64,000 nucleotides of DNA from Candidatus Omnitrophota bacterium. GTDB taxonomy: Bacteria; Omnitrophota; Gorgyraeia; Aquiviventales; JACQRC01. Shown here piece by piece: positions 42,963 through 52,076 of this stretch; the stretch's first letter is position 1; each line of letters begins with the position of its first letter. The position numbers and the translations under genes are program-made. The notes under the pieces are model-generated. The model saw only the letters and a list, made by a program, of their open reading frames with translations, did no database searches and was not told the origin of the DNA. The stretch is from assembly GCA_016206665.1 (NCBI GenBank), contig JACQRC010000100.1, positions 33 to 64,032 of the forward strand. Direction: 5' to 3'.

Positions 42963-43525
42963 ACCGCGCCGTGTTTCTGGACCGAGACGGCGTCATCAAC
43001 CGCGCGATCATGCGCGAGGGCCGGCCGTATCCGCCGGCGTCGCTGGAGGAATTCGAGCTGCTGCCGGGGGTGGGGGAGGCGATCGCCGCCCTGCGCGCCG
43101 CCGGCTACCGCGTCATCGTGGTCACGAACCAGCCCGATGTGGCCGCAGGCCTGCGGACGCGCGAAGCGGTGGAGGCGATCCACCGCCATCTGCGCGGCAC
43201 GCTGGCCATTGATGATCTCCGGGTCTGCTATCACGTGGATGCGGACGAGTGCGCGTGCCGCAAGCCGAAGGCCGGGCTGTTGCTGGAGGCAGCACGGCAA
43301 TGGTCGCTCGATCTGCGCCAGTCGGTCATGGTCGGCGACCGGTGGCGCGATATCGCCGCAGGCCAGGCGGCAGGCTGCCGGACCATCCTGATTGCGGCGG
43401 CGTATCGGGAGCGGCAGGCGGAGTCGCCGGATGCGGTTGTCAACAGCCTCGCGGAAGCGGCACAGCTCATCCTCTCATCGTGGCACGGCCACGAACTCAC
43501 GCGGAGCGGCGCATGGACAGCCTGA
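42959..43525 (+). CDS. gmhB: D-glycero-D-manno-heptose-1,7-bisphosphate 7-phosphatase (HAD-IIIA)
   Basis: ORF track starts at 42842. GTG 42959 overlaps the upstream stop (GTGA). AVFLDRDGVIN (DxDG motif I). VVTNQPDVA (motif II). CYH...C.CRKPK zinc/loop motif. MVGDRWRD (motif IV). Confidence 0.8.
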   Translation: MNRAVFLDRDGVINRAIMREGRPYPPASLEEFELLPGVGEAIAALRAAGYRVIVVTNQPDVAAGLRTREAVEAIHRHLRGTLAIDDLRVCYHVDADECACRKPKAGLLLEAARQWSLDLRQSVMVGDRWRDIAAGQAAGCRTILIAAAYRERQAESPDAVVNSLAEAAQLILSSWHGHELTRSGAWTA

Positions 43526-44262
43526 AGACCCTGCGGGTCAAGATCTTCGCGGACGGGGCGGAACTCTCCGGCATCGCCGAGCTGGCGCAACGGCCGTACA
43601 TCCGCGGCTTCACCACCAATCCTACGCTCATGCGCAAGGCCGGGGTGACCGACTACCGCGCCTTCGCCCGCAAGGTGCTGCAGCTCGTCGGCGGCCGGCC
43701 GGTCTCCTTCGAAGTCTTCTCGGATGAGTTCGCGGAGATGGAGCGTCAGGCGAACGAAATCGCCTCGTGGGGTGAGAACGTCTACGTCAAGATTCCTGTC
43801 ACCAACACCCTAGGCGACTTTGCGGGGCCGCTCATTCGGCGATTATCATCATCCAGGGTGCAGGTCAATGTGACGGCGCTCACGACGGTCGAGCAGGTCG
43901 CCGAGGTCGCCGGCTGCCTGTCACCGGAGACCAAGAGCTGCGTCTCGGTCTTCGCCGGTCGCGTCGCCGACACCGGACGGGATCCGGTGCCCCTCATGGC
44001 AGAGGCGGTTGCGGCGCTGCGCTCCTGCCCGGCGGCGGAGCTGATCTGGGCGAGCCCGCGGGAACTGCTGAACCTGATCCAGGCCGACACGGTGGGTTGT
44101 CACATCATCACGATGACGAACGAGCTCCTGGCGAAGCTGCCGCTCTTGGGCAAGGACCTCGTCGCCTTTTCGCTCGAGACGGTGCAGATGTTCCGGCAGG
44201 ACGCGCTCAAGGCGGGCTTCACGATTCCGCTGCCGACCGCCAAGGAGGAAGCCACGACGTGA
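43513..44262 (+). CDS. Transaldolase-family protein (short type 3B transaldolase / fructose-6-phosphate aldolase-like)
   Basis: ORF track starts at 43249. ATG 43513 gives MDSLKTLRVKIFADGAELSGI...IRGFTTNPTLMRKAG...NVYVKIPVT (Schiff-base Lys block). Confidence 0.75.
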   Translation: MDSLKTLRVKIFADGAELSGIAELAQRPYIRGFTTNPTLMRKAGVTDYRAFARKVLQLVGGRPVSFEVFSDEFAEMERQANEIASWGENVYVKIPVTNTLGDFAGPLIRRLSSSRVQVNVTALTTVEQVAEVAGCLSPETKSCVSVFAGRVADTGRDPVPLMAEAVAALRSCPAAELIWASPRELLNLIQADTVGCHIITMTNELLAKLPLLGKDLVAFSLETVQMFRQDALKAGFTIPLPTAKEEATT

Positions 44263-45257
44263 CACGGGTGCTGGTGACCGGCGGGGCCGGCTACGTCGGG
44301 TGCGTGCTCGTGCCGAAATTGCTGGAGGCGGGCCATGAGGTGGTGGTCTACGACCTCATGCTGTTTGGGTCCGGCGGCTTGCCGGCGCATCCGCGGCTGA
44401 CGGTGATCGCCGGTGACATCCGTGACGCGGCGCGTTTCGCACAGGCGCTGCGCGGGGCGCACAGCGTCATCCACATGGCCTGCCTGTCGAATGATCCCAG
44501 TTTCGAGTTGGACCCGGCGCTCTCCCGTTCGATCAACTATGACTGTTTCGAGCCGCTGGTGGCGGCGTGTCGGGATGCCGGTGTGCGGCGGTTCATCTAC
44601 GCCTCGACGAGCTCGGTCTACGGGGTGAGCGAGGCGCCGGAGGTGACCGAGGAGTTTCCGCTCGTGCCGCTGACCGACTACAACAAGTACAAGGGGCTGT
44701 GCGAACCGATTCTGCTGCGGTACCAGTCGCCGACCTTCACGACGGTCATCATTCGCCCGGCGACGGTGTGCGGTTACTCTCCAAGAATGCGCTTCGATTT
44801 GACGGTGAACATTCTCACCAACCTGGCGGTGCGCAAGCGCTCCATCACCGTCTTCGGCGGGACGCAGAAGCGGCCGAACATCCATGTGGAGGATCTGGCG
44901 GAGCTCTACGTGCAGCTGCTCGAGTTGCCCGACCGCCTGGTCTCCGGCGAGATCTTCAACGCCGCCTATCAGAATTACACCATCGCCGAGCTGGCACAGA
45001 TGGTGCGCGGTGTCGTGGAACGGGAGCTGCCGGAGACGGCGCCCATCGAAATTACCACGAGCCCCAGCAATGACCTGCGCTCCTACCATGTCTCGTCGAA
45101 AAAGATCGCGGAGCGGCTGGGGTATGTGCCGCGGCGGTCAGTGGAGGAAGCGATTCGTGATCTGTGCGGCGCCTTCCGCGCAGGGAAGCTGCCGAACAGT
45201 CTGGAGGATGACCGGTACGTGAACGTGCGCGTCGTCAAGAAAGTGGGACTCCGATGA
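44259..45257 (+). CDS. NAD-dependent nucleotide-sugar epimerase/dehydratase (SDR)
   Basis: ORF track starts at 44097. GTG 44259 overlaps the upstream stop (GTGA), with AAGGAGGA 10 nt upstream. VLVTGGAGYVGCVL. STSSVYG. YNKYKGLCE (YxxxK). Confidence 0.75.
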   Translation: MTRVLVTGGAGYVGCVLVPKLLEAGHEVVVYDLMLFGSGGLPAHPRLTVIAGDIRDAARFAQALRGAHSVIHMACLSNDPSFELDPALSRSINYDCFEPLVAACRDAGVRRFIYASTSSVYGVSEAPEVTEEFPLVPLTDYNKYKGLCEPILLRYQSPTFTTVIIRPATVCGYSPRMRFDLTVNILTNLAVRKRSITVFGGTQKRPNIHVEDLAELYVQLLELPDRLVSGEIFNAAYQNYTIAELAQMVRGVVERELPETAPIEITTSPSNDLRSYHVSSKKIAERLGYVPRRSVEEAIRDLCGAFRAGKLPNSLEDDRYVNVRVVKKVGLR

Positions 45258-46258
45258 GCGACCGCTTGGCGGTGGTGACGGGCGGCGCAGGCTTTATCGG
45301 CAGCCACATGGTGGACCTGCTCTTGGCCGAAGGCTACCGCGTGCATGTCATTGACAATCTCGCCAGCGGCCGCCGCGACAATCTCGCCCATCACGCGTCG
45401 CATCCGCGGCTGCGCGTGGAGGTGAAGGATCTGCGCGACGTCTCTGCAGAAGATGCGCTCTTCCGCGGGGCGGAGCACCTGTTCCATTTCGCCGGGCTGG
45501 GCGACATCGTGCCATCGATCAACCGGCCCATCGACTATCTCTCGACGAACGTGCTGGGCACCATTCACGCGCTCGAAGCGGCCAGGCTCGCGCGCGTGCG
45601 CAAGTTTGTGTACGCGGCCTCCTCCTCCTGTTACGGCCTGGCGACCGAGTTGCCGACGACAGAATCAGCTCCCATCAGCCCGCAGTACCCGTACGCGTTG
45701 AGCAAGTACGTCGCGGAAGAGGCCGTGCTGCACTGGGGCCGGGTCTACCGGCTGCCCGCCGTCTCCATCCGGATCTTCAATGCCTACGGCCCGCGGTCGC
45801 GCACGACCGGCGCCTACGGCGCCGTCTTCGGCGTCTTTCTGAAGCAGAAGCTCGCCGGCAAACCCTTCACGGTGGTTGGCGACGGGACCCAGCGACGCGA
45901 TTTCGTCTATGTGACGGATGTCACGCGAGCGTTTCTCTTGGCGGCCGAAGCCGAGCGCTCTGGCGCAGTGTACAACCTCGGCGGCGGCAACCCGCAGTCC
46001 GTGAACCGGCTCGTGGAGTTGCTGGGCGGGCCGGTCGTTTTCGTGCCGAAGCGGCCCGGCGAGCCGGATTGTACGTGGGCTGACATCACCAAGATCCGGC
46101 GGGAGTTGGGCTGGAGCCCGCGCGTGTCATTCGAGGAGGGTGTGGCGGCGATGCTGCAACAGATCGACTACTGGCGCGACGCGCCGCTCTGGGACCCCGC
46201 CTCCATTGAGGCGGCGACAAAGGACTGGTTCACCACGCTGGCCGGAGCGAACAGCTGA
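45254..46258 (+). CDS. NAD-dependent nucleotide-sugar epimerase/dehydratase (GalE-like SDR)
   Basis: 334 aa. ATGA overlap with the upstream gene. [30 protein letters not shown] (YxxxK). Confidence 0.75.
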   Translation: MSDRLAVVTGGAGFIGSHMVDLLLAEGYRVHVIDNLASGRRDNLAHHASHPRLRVEVKDLRDVSAEDALFRGAEHLFHFAGLGDIVPSINRPIDYLSTNVLGTIHALEAARLARVRKFVYAASSSCYGLATELPTTESAPISPQYPYALSKYVAEEAVLHWGRVYRLPAVSIRIFNAYGPRSRTTGAYGAVFGVFLKQKLAGKPFTVVGDGTQRRDFVYVTDVTRAFLLAAEAERSGAVYNLGGGNPQSVNRLVELLGGPVVFVPKRPGEPDCTWADITKIRRELGWSPRVSFEEGVAAMLQQIDYWRDAPLWDPASIEAATKDWFTTLAGANS

Positions 46259-47805
46259 TGCCGGAAACCACCGAGCACGACTACCGCCGGAAGATCAAGA
46301 CCCGCGAGGAGCTGCGCGCGCTCATCGGCGGGCGGCCGCGGCAGCGCTCCGTCATCATGTGCCACGGCGCCTTCGACCTGGTGCATCCCGGCCACATCCG
46401 CCATCTCATGTACGCCAAGAGCAAGGCCGAGATCCTCGTCGCAAGTCTTACCAGCGATGCCCACATTGCCAAGGCGAACTTCCGGCCCTTCGTGCCGCAG
46501 GAATTGCGGGCCATGAATCTGGCGGCGCTCGAGGTAGTCGACTACGTCATCATCGATGCCAGCCCCACGCCGATTGAGAATATCCGCTTCCTCCAGCCCG
46601 AGTACTTCGCGAAGGGGTATGAGTACCACAAAGACGGCCTGCACCCCAAGACGCGCGAAGAGCTCTCGGCCCTGGAGAGCTACGGAGGCGAGCTGCTCTT
46701 CACCCCGGGCGATGTGATCTACTCCTCCTCCGCCGTCATCGAGCACGCGCCGCCGAAATTAGCGGGGGAGAAGCTGGTGACGCTGATGGAATCCGAAGGC
46801 GTCACCTTTGAGGCGCTGCGCGCGGCCATCGAGGCCTGCCGGGGGATCCGCGTTCATGTGTTGGGCGATACCATCGTGGATTCCCACACCCACTGCTCGC
46901 TCTTGGGGGGGATTACCAAGACCCCCACCTTCAGTCTCAAGCATGACCGGCAGGTGAGCTTCGCCGGGGGGGCTGCGGTCGTCGCAAAGCACGTGCGCGA
47001 GGCGGGGGGCGAAGTGCGGCTCACGACGGTGTTAGGACAGGATGCGTGGCGCGACTTCGTGCTGCAGGATCTTTCCGCATCTGGGGTTGCCTGCGAGCCG
47101 GTCATCGACCACACCCGGCCCACCACGCACAAGAATGTCTTCATCACCGGCGGCTACCGGATGCTCAAGGTCGATACCGTGGACAACCATCCCATCTCCG
47201 AGAAAGTGTTGGAGCGGTTGACCGACTCGCTCAAGGCCCACCGGGCCGATGCCGTCATCTGCAGCGACTTCCGCCACGGCATCTTCGGTCCGGAGACGAT
47301 CCCGCCGCTCTTGGCGGCGCTGCCGGAGGGCGCGTTTCGGGCGGCCGACAGTCAGGTCGCGAGCCGCTGGGGCAACATTCTCGACTTTCAGGACTTCGAT
47401 CTCATTACGCCGAACGAGCGCGAGGTGCGCTTCGCCCTCGGCGACCAGGACTCGGTCGTGCGGCCGCTGGCCCTGGAGCTGTACCAGCGCGCCCGCTGCA
47501 AGACGCTGATCATGAAACTGGGCGACCGGGGCCTCATCACCTATCGCGCGCCCAGCCCGGATGTCCGCTCCTTTTTCACCATCGACAGCTTCGCCTCGAC
47601 GGTGGTCGATTCGGTGGGGGCGGGCGACGCGCTCTTGGCGTACGCAACGCTGGCCATGGCGGCAACCGGCTCCAACGTCATCGCCTCGATCCTCGGTTCG
47701 ATGGCGGCGGCCATCGCCTGCGAGCAGGAGGGCAACCAGCCGGTCAAGCCCGAGGCCGTCATCAAGAAGCTGTCGTCGATCGAGCAATCGATGGAGTTTG
47801 TCTGA
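46258..47805 (+). CDS. Bifunctional cytidylyltransferase-like nucleotidyltransferase (N-terminal) + PfkB/ribokinase-family sugar kinase (C-terminal); HldE-like but with reversed domain order
   Basis: 515 aa. CHGAFDLVHPGHIRHLMYAK (HxGH motif of the cytidylyltransferase superfamily) in the first ~150 aa. C-terminal GAGDALLAYATLAMAATG (PfkB signature 2). Confidence 0.7.
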   Translation: MPETTEHDYRRKIKTREELRALIGGRPRQRSVIMCHGAFDLVHPGHIRHLMYAKSKAEILVASLTSDAHIAKANFRPFVPQELRAMNLAALEVVDYVIIDASPTPIENIRFLQPEYFAKGYEYHKDGLHPKTREELSALESYGGELLFTPGDVIYSSSAVIEHAPPKLAGEKLVTLMESEGVTFEALRAAIEACRGIRVHVLGDTIVDSHTHCSLLGGITKTPTFSLKHDRQVSFAGGAAVVAKHVREAGGEVRLTTVLGQDAWRDFVLQDLSASGVACEPVIDHTRPTTHKNVFITGGYRMLKVDTVDNHPISEKVLERLTDSLKAHRADAVICSDFRHGIFGPETIPPLLAALPEGAFRAADSQVASRWGNILDFQDFDLITPNEREVRFALGDQDSVVRPLALELYQRARCKTLIMKLGDRGLITYRAPSPDVRSFFTIDSFASTVVDSVGAGDALLAYATLAMAATGSNVIASILGSMAAAIACEQEGNQPVKPEAVIKKLSSIEQSMEFV

Positions 47806-48728
47806 TGCGCATCGTGATCGTCGGGCTGGGCATCCAGGGACGCAAGCGCGCCGCCGTCGCCGGGTCGGAGGTGGTGGCTACGGTGGACCCCGCCGTACCG
47901 GAAGCGGCGTACCGCACCATCGAGCAGGTGCCGGTGTCGGACTACGATGCCGCCCTCGTCTGTGTGCCGGATGCGGCGAAACCCGCCCTCGTGCGGTATC
48001 TGCTGACCCAGCGCAAGCACGTCCTCGTGGAGAAGCCGCTGCTCGCGTCCGACGCGGAGCTGGCGGAATTCGAGACATTAGCGCGCGCCGGTCGCGTGGC
48101 CTGCTACACCGCCTACAATCATCGCTTCGAACCGCACCTGGTGCGGATGAAGGCGCTCCTCGACGCAGACACGCTGGGACCGATTTACCTCGTCCGCGGC
48201 TTCTACGGCAACGGCACGGCGCGCGATGTAAAGCTTTCGGCCTGGCGCGACCAGGGGCTGGGGGTGCTGCCGGATTTGGGTTCGCACCTGCTGGATTTGT
48301 TCCACTGGTACTGGGCTCCGGTGACGCGGACCTTCGAGCCGTGGAGCTGCAACCGCGAAGAGAATCGCGCCCCCGACCATATCCTCTTCGGCGCGTCCGG
48401 CCAACCGGCGGTCGTCCTTGAGGCGACCCTGCTGTCGTGGCGGAACACCTTTCAGTGGGATGTCATCGGCGAGCGCGGCAGCGCCCACGTGCAGGGATTG
48501 TGCAAGTGGGGTCCGAGCACCTTCACGCTGCGCACGCGGGTCCTGCCGAGCGGCCGTCCGGAGGAGCAGGTCGAGACCCTGACCCGGCCGGACCCGACCT
48601 GGGCGCTCGAGTATGATCATTTCAAGCAGCTGTGCCGCACCGGAGGCACGAATCTGGATAACGACCGATGGGTGAGCCGCATCTTCAGCGACCTGGAGCA
48701 GCCACTGACAGCTAAGGCCACAGTATGA
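47805..48728 (+). CDS. Gfo/Idh/MocA-family NAD(P)-dependent oxidoreductase (WbpB-like)
   Basis: ORF track starts at 47046. ATG 47805 overlaps the upstream stop (TGATG). MRIVIVGLGIQGRKR...VLVEKPL. Confidence 0.75.
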   Translation: MRIVIVGLGIQGRKRAAVAGSEVVATVDPAVPEAAYRTIEQVPVSDYDAALVCVPDAAKPALVRYLLTQRKHVLVEKPLLASDAELAEFETLARAGRVACYTAYNHRFEPHLVRMKALLDADTLGPIYLVRGFYGNGTARDVKLSAWRDQGLGVLPDLGSHLLDLFHWYWAPVTRTFEPWSCNREENRAPDHILFGASGQPAVVLEATLLSWRNTFQWDVIGERGSAHVQGLCKWGPSTFTLRTRVLPSGRPEEQVETLTRPDPTWALEYDHFKQLCRTGGTNLDNDRWVSRIFSDLEQPLTAKATV

Positions 48729-49978
48729 TTGGGATCGCGGGCTTATCACATCTGGGCATCGTGACCAGCGCGGCGACCGCGGCGCAGGGGTTCGACGTGG
48801 TCGCGTATGACGCGGATGCCGAGCGTTGCGCATCGCTGGCCCGGGGCCGGCTGCCTGTCGTCGAACCGGGCTTGGCGGAGTTGCTTGCCGCGCATCGCGC
48901 GCGGATCCGGTTCACGAACGAGGCTGCGGCACTGCGGGGCTGCGAGCTCATCATCTGCGCATCCGACGTGCCGACGGATGAGCAAGACCGCAGCGATCCG
49001 ACGGTCATTAACGATTTACTCGAGACGGTCGTCCACCACGCCGCACCGGGGAGCGCGCTGGTCGTGTTGAGCCAGGTGCCTCCGGGATTCACCCGCACGC
49101 TCGCGAACGGGGCCGCGTCGGCGCTGGCCGTCTTCTACCAGGTGGAAACCCTGATCTTCGGCGCCGCCGTGGAACGGGCCCTGCATCCGGAGAGGTTCAT
49201 CGTCGGCTGCGACGATCCGTCAGCGGCTCTGCCGGCGCCCTACGCCGCGTGGCTTTCGGCCTTCGGCTGTCCGGTGCTGCGGATGCGCTATGAAAGCGCG
49301 GAGTTATCGAAGATTGCGATCAACATGCTGTTGGCTTCCTCAGTGGCCACCGCCAAGACCTTGGCGGCACTCTGCGAGGATATCGGCGCAGACTGGTCGG
49401 AGATCGTGCCGGCGCTCACCTCGGACCGCCGGATCGGGCCCCATGCCTACGTGCGGCCCGGGCTGGGAATTGGCGGGGGCAACATCCCCCGGGACCTCGC
49501 TACCGTGCGCGCCCTGGCGGACCAGCATGGAACGCCTGATCGTGACTGGGTCTTGCGCACGTTGCATCGTGAAGTGCTGTCGCACCGGCCCGACCCGGTG
49601 ATTGCGCTCTGGGGGCTGGCCTATAAGCCAGGGACAAACTCGACCACACATTCACCGGCGATGGATCTGCTCGAGGTCCTCGGCTCGCCCACGGCCCAGA
49701 TTACCGTCCAGGTCTATGACCCGCAGGTCCGTTGCAATGGCCGGCACCCGCGACAGCTGCAGGCCGCCTCAGCGCTGGATGCCTGCCGTGGCGCCGACGC
49801 TTTGGCGATCATGACACCGTGGCCGGAATTCGCTGCCGTGAGTCTGGCGCAGGTACGTGAGATGCTGCGCGGCTCGGTCATCGTGGATCCTTACGGCGTC
49901 ACGAATGGACGGGAGTGCGAGGCGCTGGGTCTGCGTCACTTGCGATTGGGCGCTCCAACGCTGGCAGGAACGTGCTGA
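48725..49978 (+). CDS. UDP-glucose/GDP-mannose dehydrogenase-family nucleotide-sugar dehydrogenase (divergent)
   Basis: 417 aa. ATGA overlap with the upstream gene. MIGIAGLSHLGIVTSAATAAQGFDVVAYD...LPVVEPGLAELL. Central GLGIGGGNIPRD in place of the usual GFGGxCLPKD. Confidence 0.65.
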   Translation: MIGIAGLSHLGIVTSAATAAQGFDVVAYDADAERCASLARGRLPVVEPGLAELLAAHRARIRFTNEAAALRGCELIICASDVPTDEQDRSDPTVINDLLETVVHHAAPGSALVVLSQVPPGFTRTLANGAASALAVFYQVETLIFGAAVERALHPERFIVGCDDPSAALPAPYAAWLSAFGCPVLRMRYESAELSKIAINMLLASSVATAKTLAALCEDIGADWSEIVPALTSDRRIGPHAYVRPGLGIGGGNIPRDLATVRALADQHGTPDRDWVLRTLHREVLSHRPDPVIALWGLAYKPGTNSTTHSPAMDLLEVLGSPTAQITVQVYDPQVRCNGRHPRQLQAASALDACRGADALAIMTPWPEFAAVSLAQVREMLRGSVIVDPYGVTNGRECEALGLRHLRLGAPTLAGTC

Positions 49979-49980
49979 CG

Positions 49981-50898
49981 ATGGTCACGCACCGCTGGCA
50001 GACGCCGCAGAGACCCTCGCGCGTGGTCATTCTCGGCGGGTCAGGTTTCGTGGGACGCAGCGTAAAAGAACACCTTGAAAGCCAGGGCTTCAAGGTGGCC
50101 GCCGTCTCATCGTCAGACCTGGACTTATGTCAGCCCGGCGCTGTCGAGAAGCTCAGCGAGTTGATTCAGCCCGATGACGCGTTGGTCTTCGCCGCCGCCA
50201 TCACGCCGGACAAGGGCAAGGATTTTGAGACGTACCGTAAAAATTTGCTGATGGGGGAGCATGTCTGCCAGTTCTTTTTCAAGGGGGGCCGTTGCAGGCA
50301 GGTGATCTACATCAGCTCTGATGCCATGTATGGTGAGCGCGTTGAGAACCCTGTACGCGAATCCTCGCAGGGGCAATCCCCAAATTGGCATGGGCTGATG
50401 CATCGGCATCGAGAACAGTGGCTGCAGCAGATCGTGCCTCCTGCGGTCGTTCTGACCATGCTGCGTCCCTGCGCGCTCTATGGACCAGGCGACACACATA
50501 ATTCGTACGGGCCGAATCGTTTTCTTCAAAGTGCCGTCCATGAGCGCAAGATTACGCTATTCGGTGAAGGCGAGGAGCTGCGGGACCATGTCTATATCGG
50601 CGACCTGTGCCGGCTGATTGAGCTCTCCTTGCTTCATCGCAGTGACGGCAAACTCAATGTGGCCACGGGCCATGCCGTTTCGTTTGCCGATGTGGCAAAG
50701 CGAGCGGCAGCGCTGTGCCCGGAGCCGGTACGGATCGATCCATCCCCACGGCACACACCGGTGACCCACCGTCACTTCGACATCACGGAGCTGGTCCGGG
50801 CCTTTCCGACCTTCCGCATGACGCCATTAGAGGAAGGTCTGGCGGTCACGTACCGCGCGCTCCTATGCCGCGAGCCAGCCACAGCGGTGAAGACATGA
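49981..50898 (+). CDS. NAD-dependent epimerase/dehydratase-family protein (SDR)
   Basis: ORF track starts at 49915. ATG 49981 lies just after the upstream stop. VVILGGSGFVGRSV. Confidence 0.65.
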   Translation: MVTHRWQTPQRPSRVVILGGSGFVGRSVKEHLESQGFKVAAVSSSDLDLCQPGAVEKLSELIQPDDALVFAAAITPDKGKDFETYRKNLLMGEHVCQFFFKGGRCRQVIYISSDAMYGERVENPVRESSQGQSPNWHGLMHRHREQWLQQIVPPAVVLTMLRPCALYGPGDTHNSYGPNRFLQSAVHERKITLFGEGEELRDHVYIGDLCRLIELSLLHRSDGKLNVATGHAVSFADVAKRAAALCPEPVRIDPSPRHTPVTHRHFDITELVRAFPTFRMTPLEEGLAVTYRALLCREPATAVKT

Positions 50899-52076
50899 GC
50901 CCCAAGCCCCTGTCCGGCGCACCGGCGTCTACCGGAGTGCCGGCGTCCTTGACGACGTTCTGGGATGCAGCGCCCGCAGTCAAGGTTCCCTATACGGCGC
51001 TGGGACAACAGGCCGCGGCGCTCAAGCAGGACCTGCTGGCGGCCTGCCAGTCGATACTGGAGAGCGGCCAGTACGTGATGGGGCCGGAGCTCGCCGCCTT
51101 CGAGCGAGAATTTGCGGAGTACTGCGGCACACGATTTGCCGTCGGCGTGGCCAACGGCACCGACGCGCTCATCCTCGTGCTGCGCCGCCTGGCATTGCAG
51201 GCCGGCGATGAGGTCATCACCGCGCCCAACTCCTTCATCGCCTCGGCCTCATCGATTGCGCTCGCCGGCGGCCGGCCGGTCTTTGCCGATATCGGCGTAG
51301 ATTTGAACCTGGATCCCGCGCAGGTCGAGGCGGCCATCACGCCGAGGACGAAGGCGATCGTGCCTGTGCACTTGACCGGGCGGCCGGCGCGGATGGATGA
51401 GATCCTGGCCATCGCGAAGCGGTACCGGCTCTATGTGCTGGAGGACGCGGCGCAGGCGGTGGGGGCAAAGCTGCACGATCGGCGGGCAGGCAGTTGGGGC
51501 GATGCGGCGTGCTTTAGCCTGCATCCGCTCAAGAATTTGCATGCCTTTGGCGACGGCGGTGTTGTCACCACCAATGATGAGCCGCTCTATCGCTGGCTGC
51601 TGCAGGCGCGCAACCACGGGCTGAAAAATCGGGACGAGTGCGCCTTCTGGAGCGTCAATTCCCGGCTCGATGAGATCCAGGCGGCGATGCTGCGCGTCCA
51701 ACTGCGCCATCTGGATCAGTGGACGGCCGAGCGGCGTCGTCTGGCTGCCCGCTACGCTGTCCTGCTCAAGCCGCATGTGGAGGTGCCGGAGGAACGACCC
51801 GGGGAGCACCACGTCTTTCAGACCTACATGATTCAGGCCGACCGACGCGATGCGCTCCTGCGCCATCTCAATGACCACGATATCGAGGCGCGCGTGCATT
51901 ATCCCGTGCCCCTGCACCGCCAGCCGGTCACACGCGACTTGGGGTATGGCACTGATGCGCTACCAATCGCGACGCGGGCAGCGGGACGCATTCTGAGCCT
52001 TCCGCTGTATCCGGGCCTCACCGAGGCGCAACAGCAGCGTGTGGCGCAGTTGATTGCGGAATTCTACCGGCGATGA
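50895..52076 (+). CDS. DegT/DnrJ/EryC1/StrS-family sugar aminotransferase
   Basis: ORF track starts at 50715. ATG 50895 overlaps the upstream stop (ATGA). GQYVMGPELAAFEREFAEYCG. GTDALILVL. FSLHPLKNLHAFGDGG (Lys). Confidence 0.85.
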   Translation: MSPKPLSGAPASTGVPASLTTFWDAAPAVKVPYTALGQQAAALKQDLLAACQSILESGQYVMGPELAAFEREFAEYCGTRFAVGVANGTDALILVLRRLALQAGDEVITAPNSFIASASSIALAGGRPVFADIGVDLNLDPAQVEAAITPRTKAIVPVHLTGRPARMDEILAIAKRYRLYVLEDAAQAVGAKLHDRRAGSWGDAACFSLHPLKNLHAFGDGGVVTTNDEPLYRWLLQARNHGLKNRDECAFWSVNSRLDEIQAAMLRVQLRHLDQWTAERRRLAARYAVLLKPHVEVPEERPGEHHVFQTYMIQADRRDALLRHLNDHDIEARVHYPVPLHRQPVTRDLGYGTDALPIATRAAGRILSLPLYPGLTEAQQQRVAQLIAEFYRR

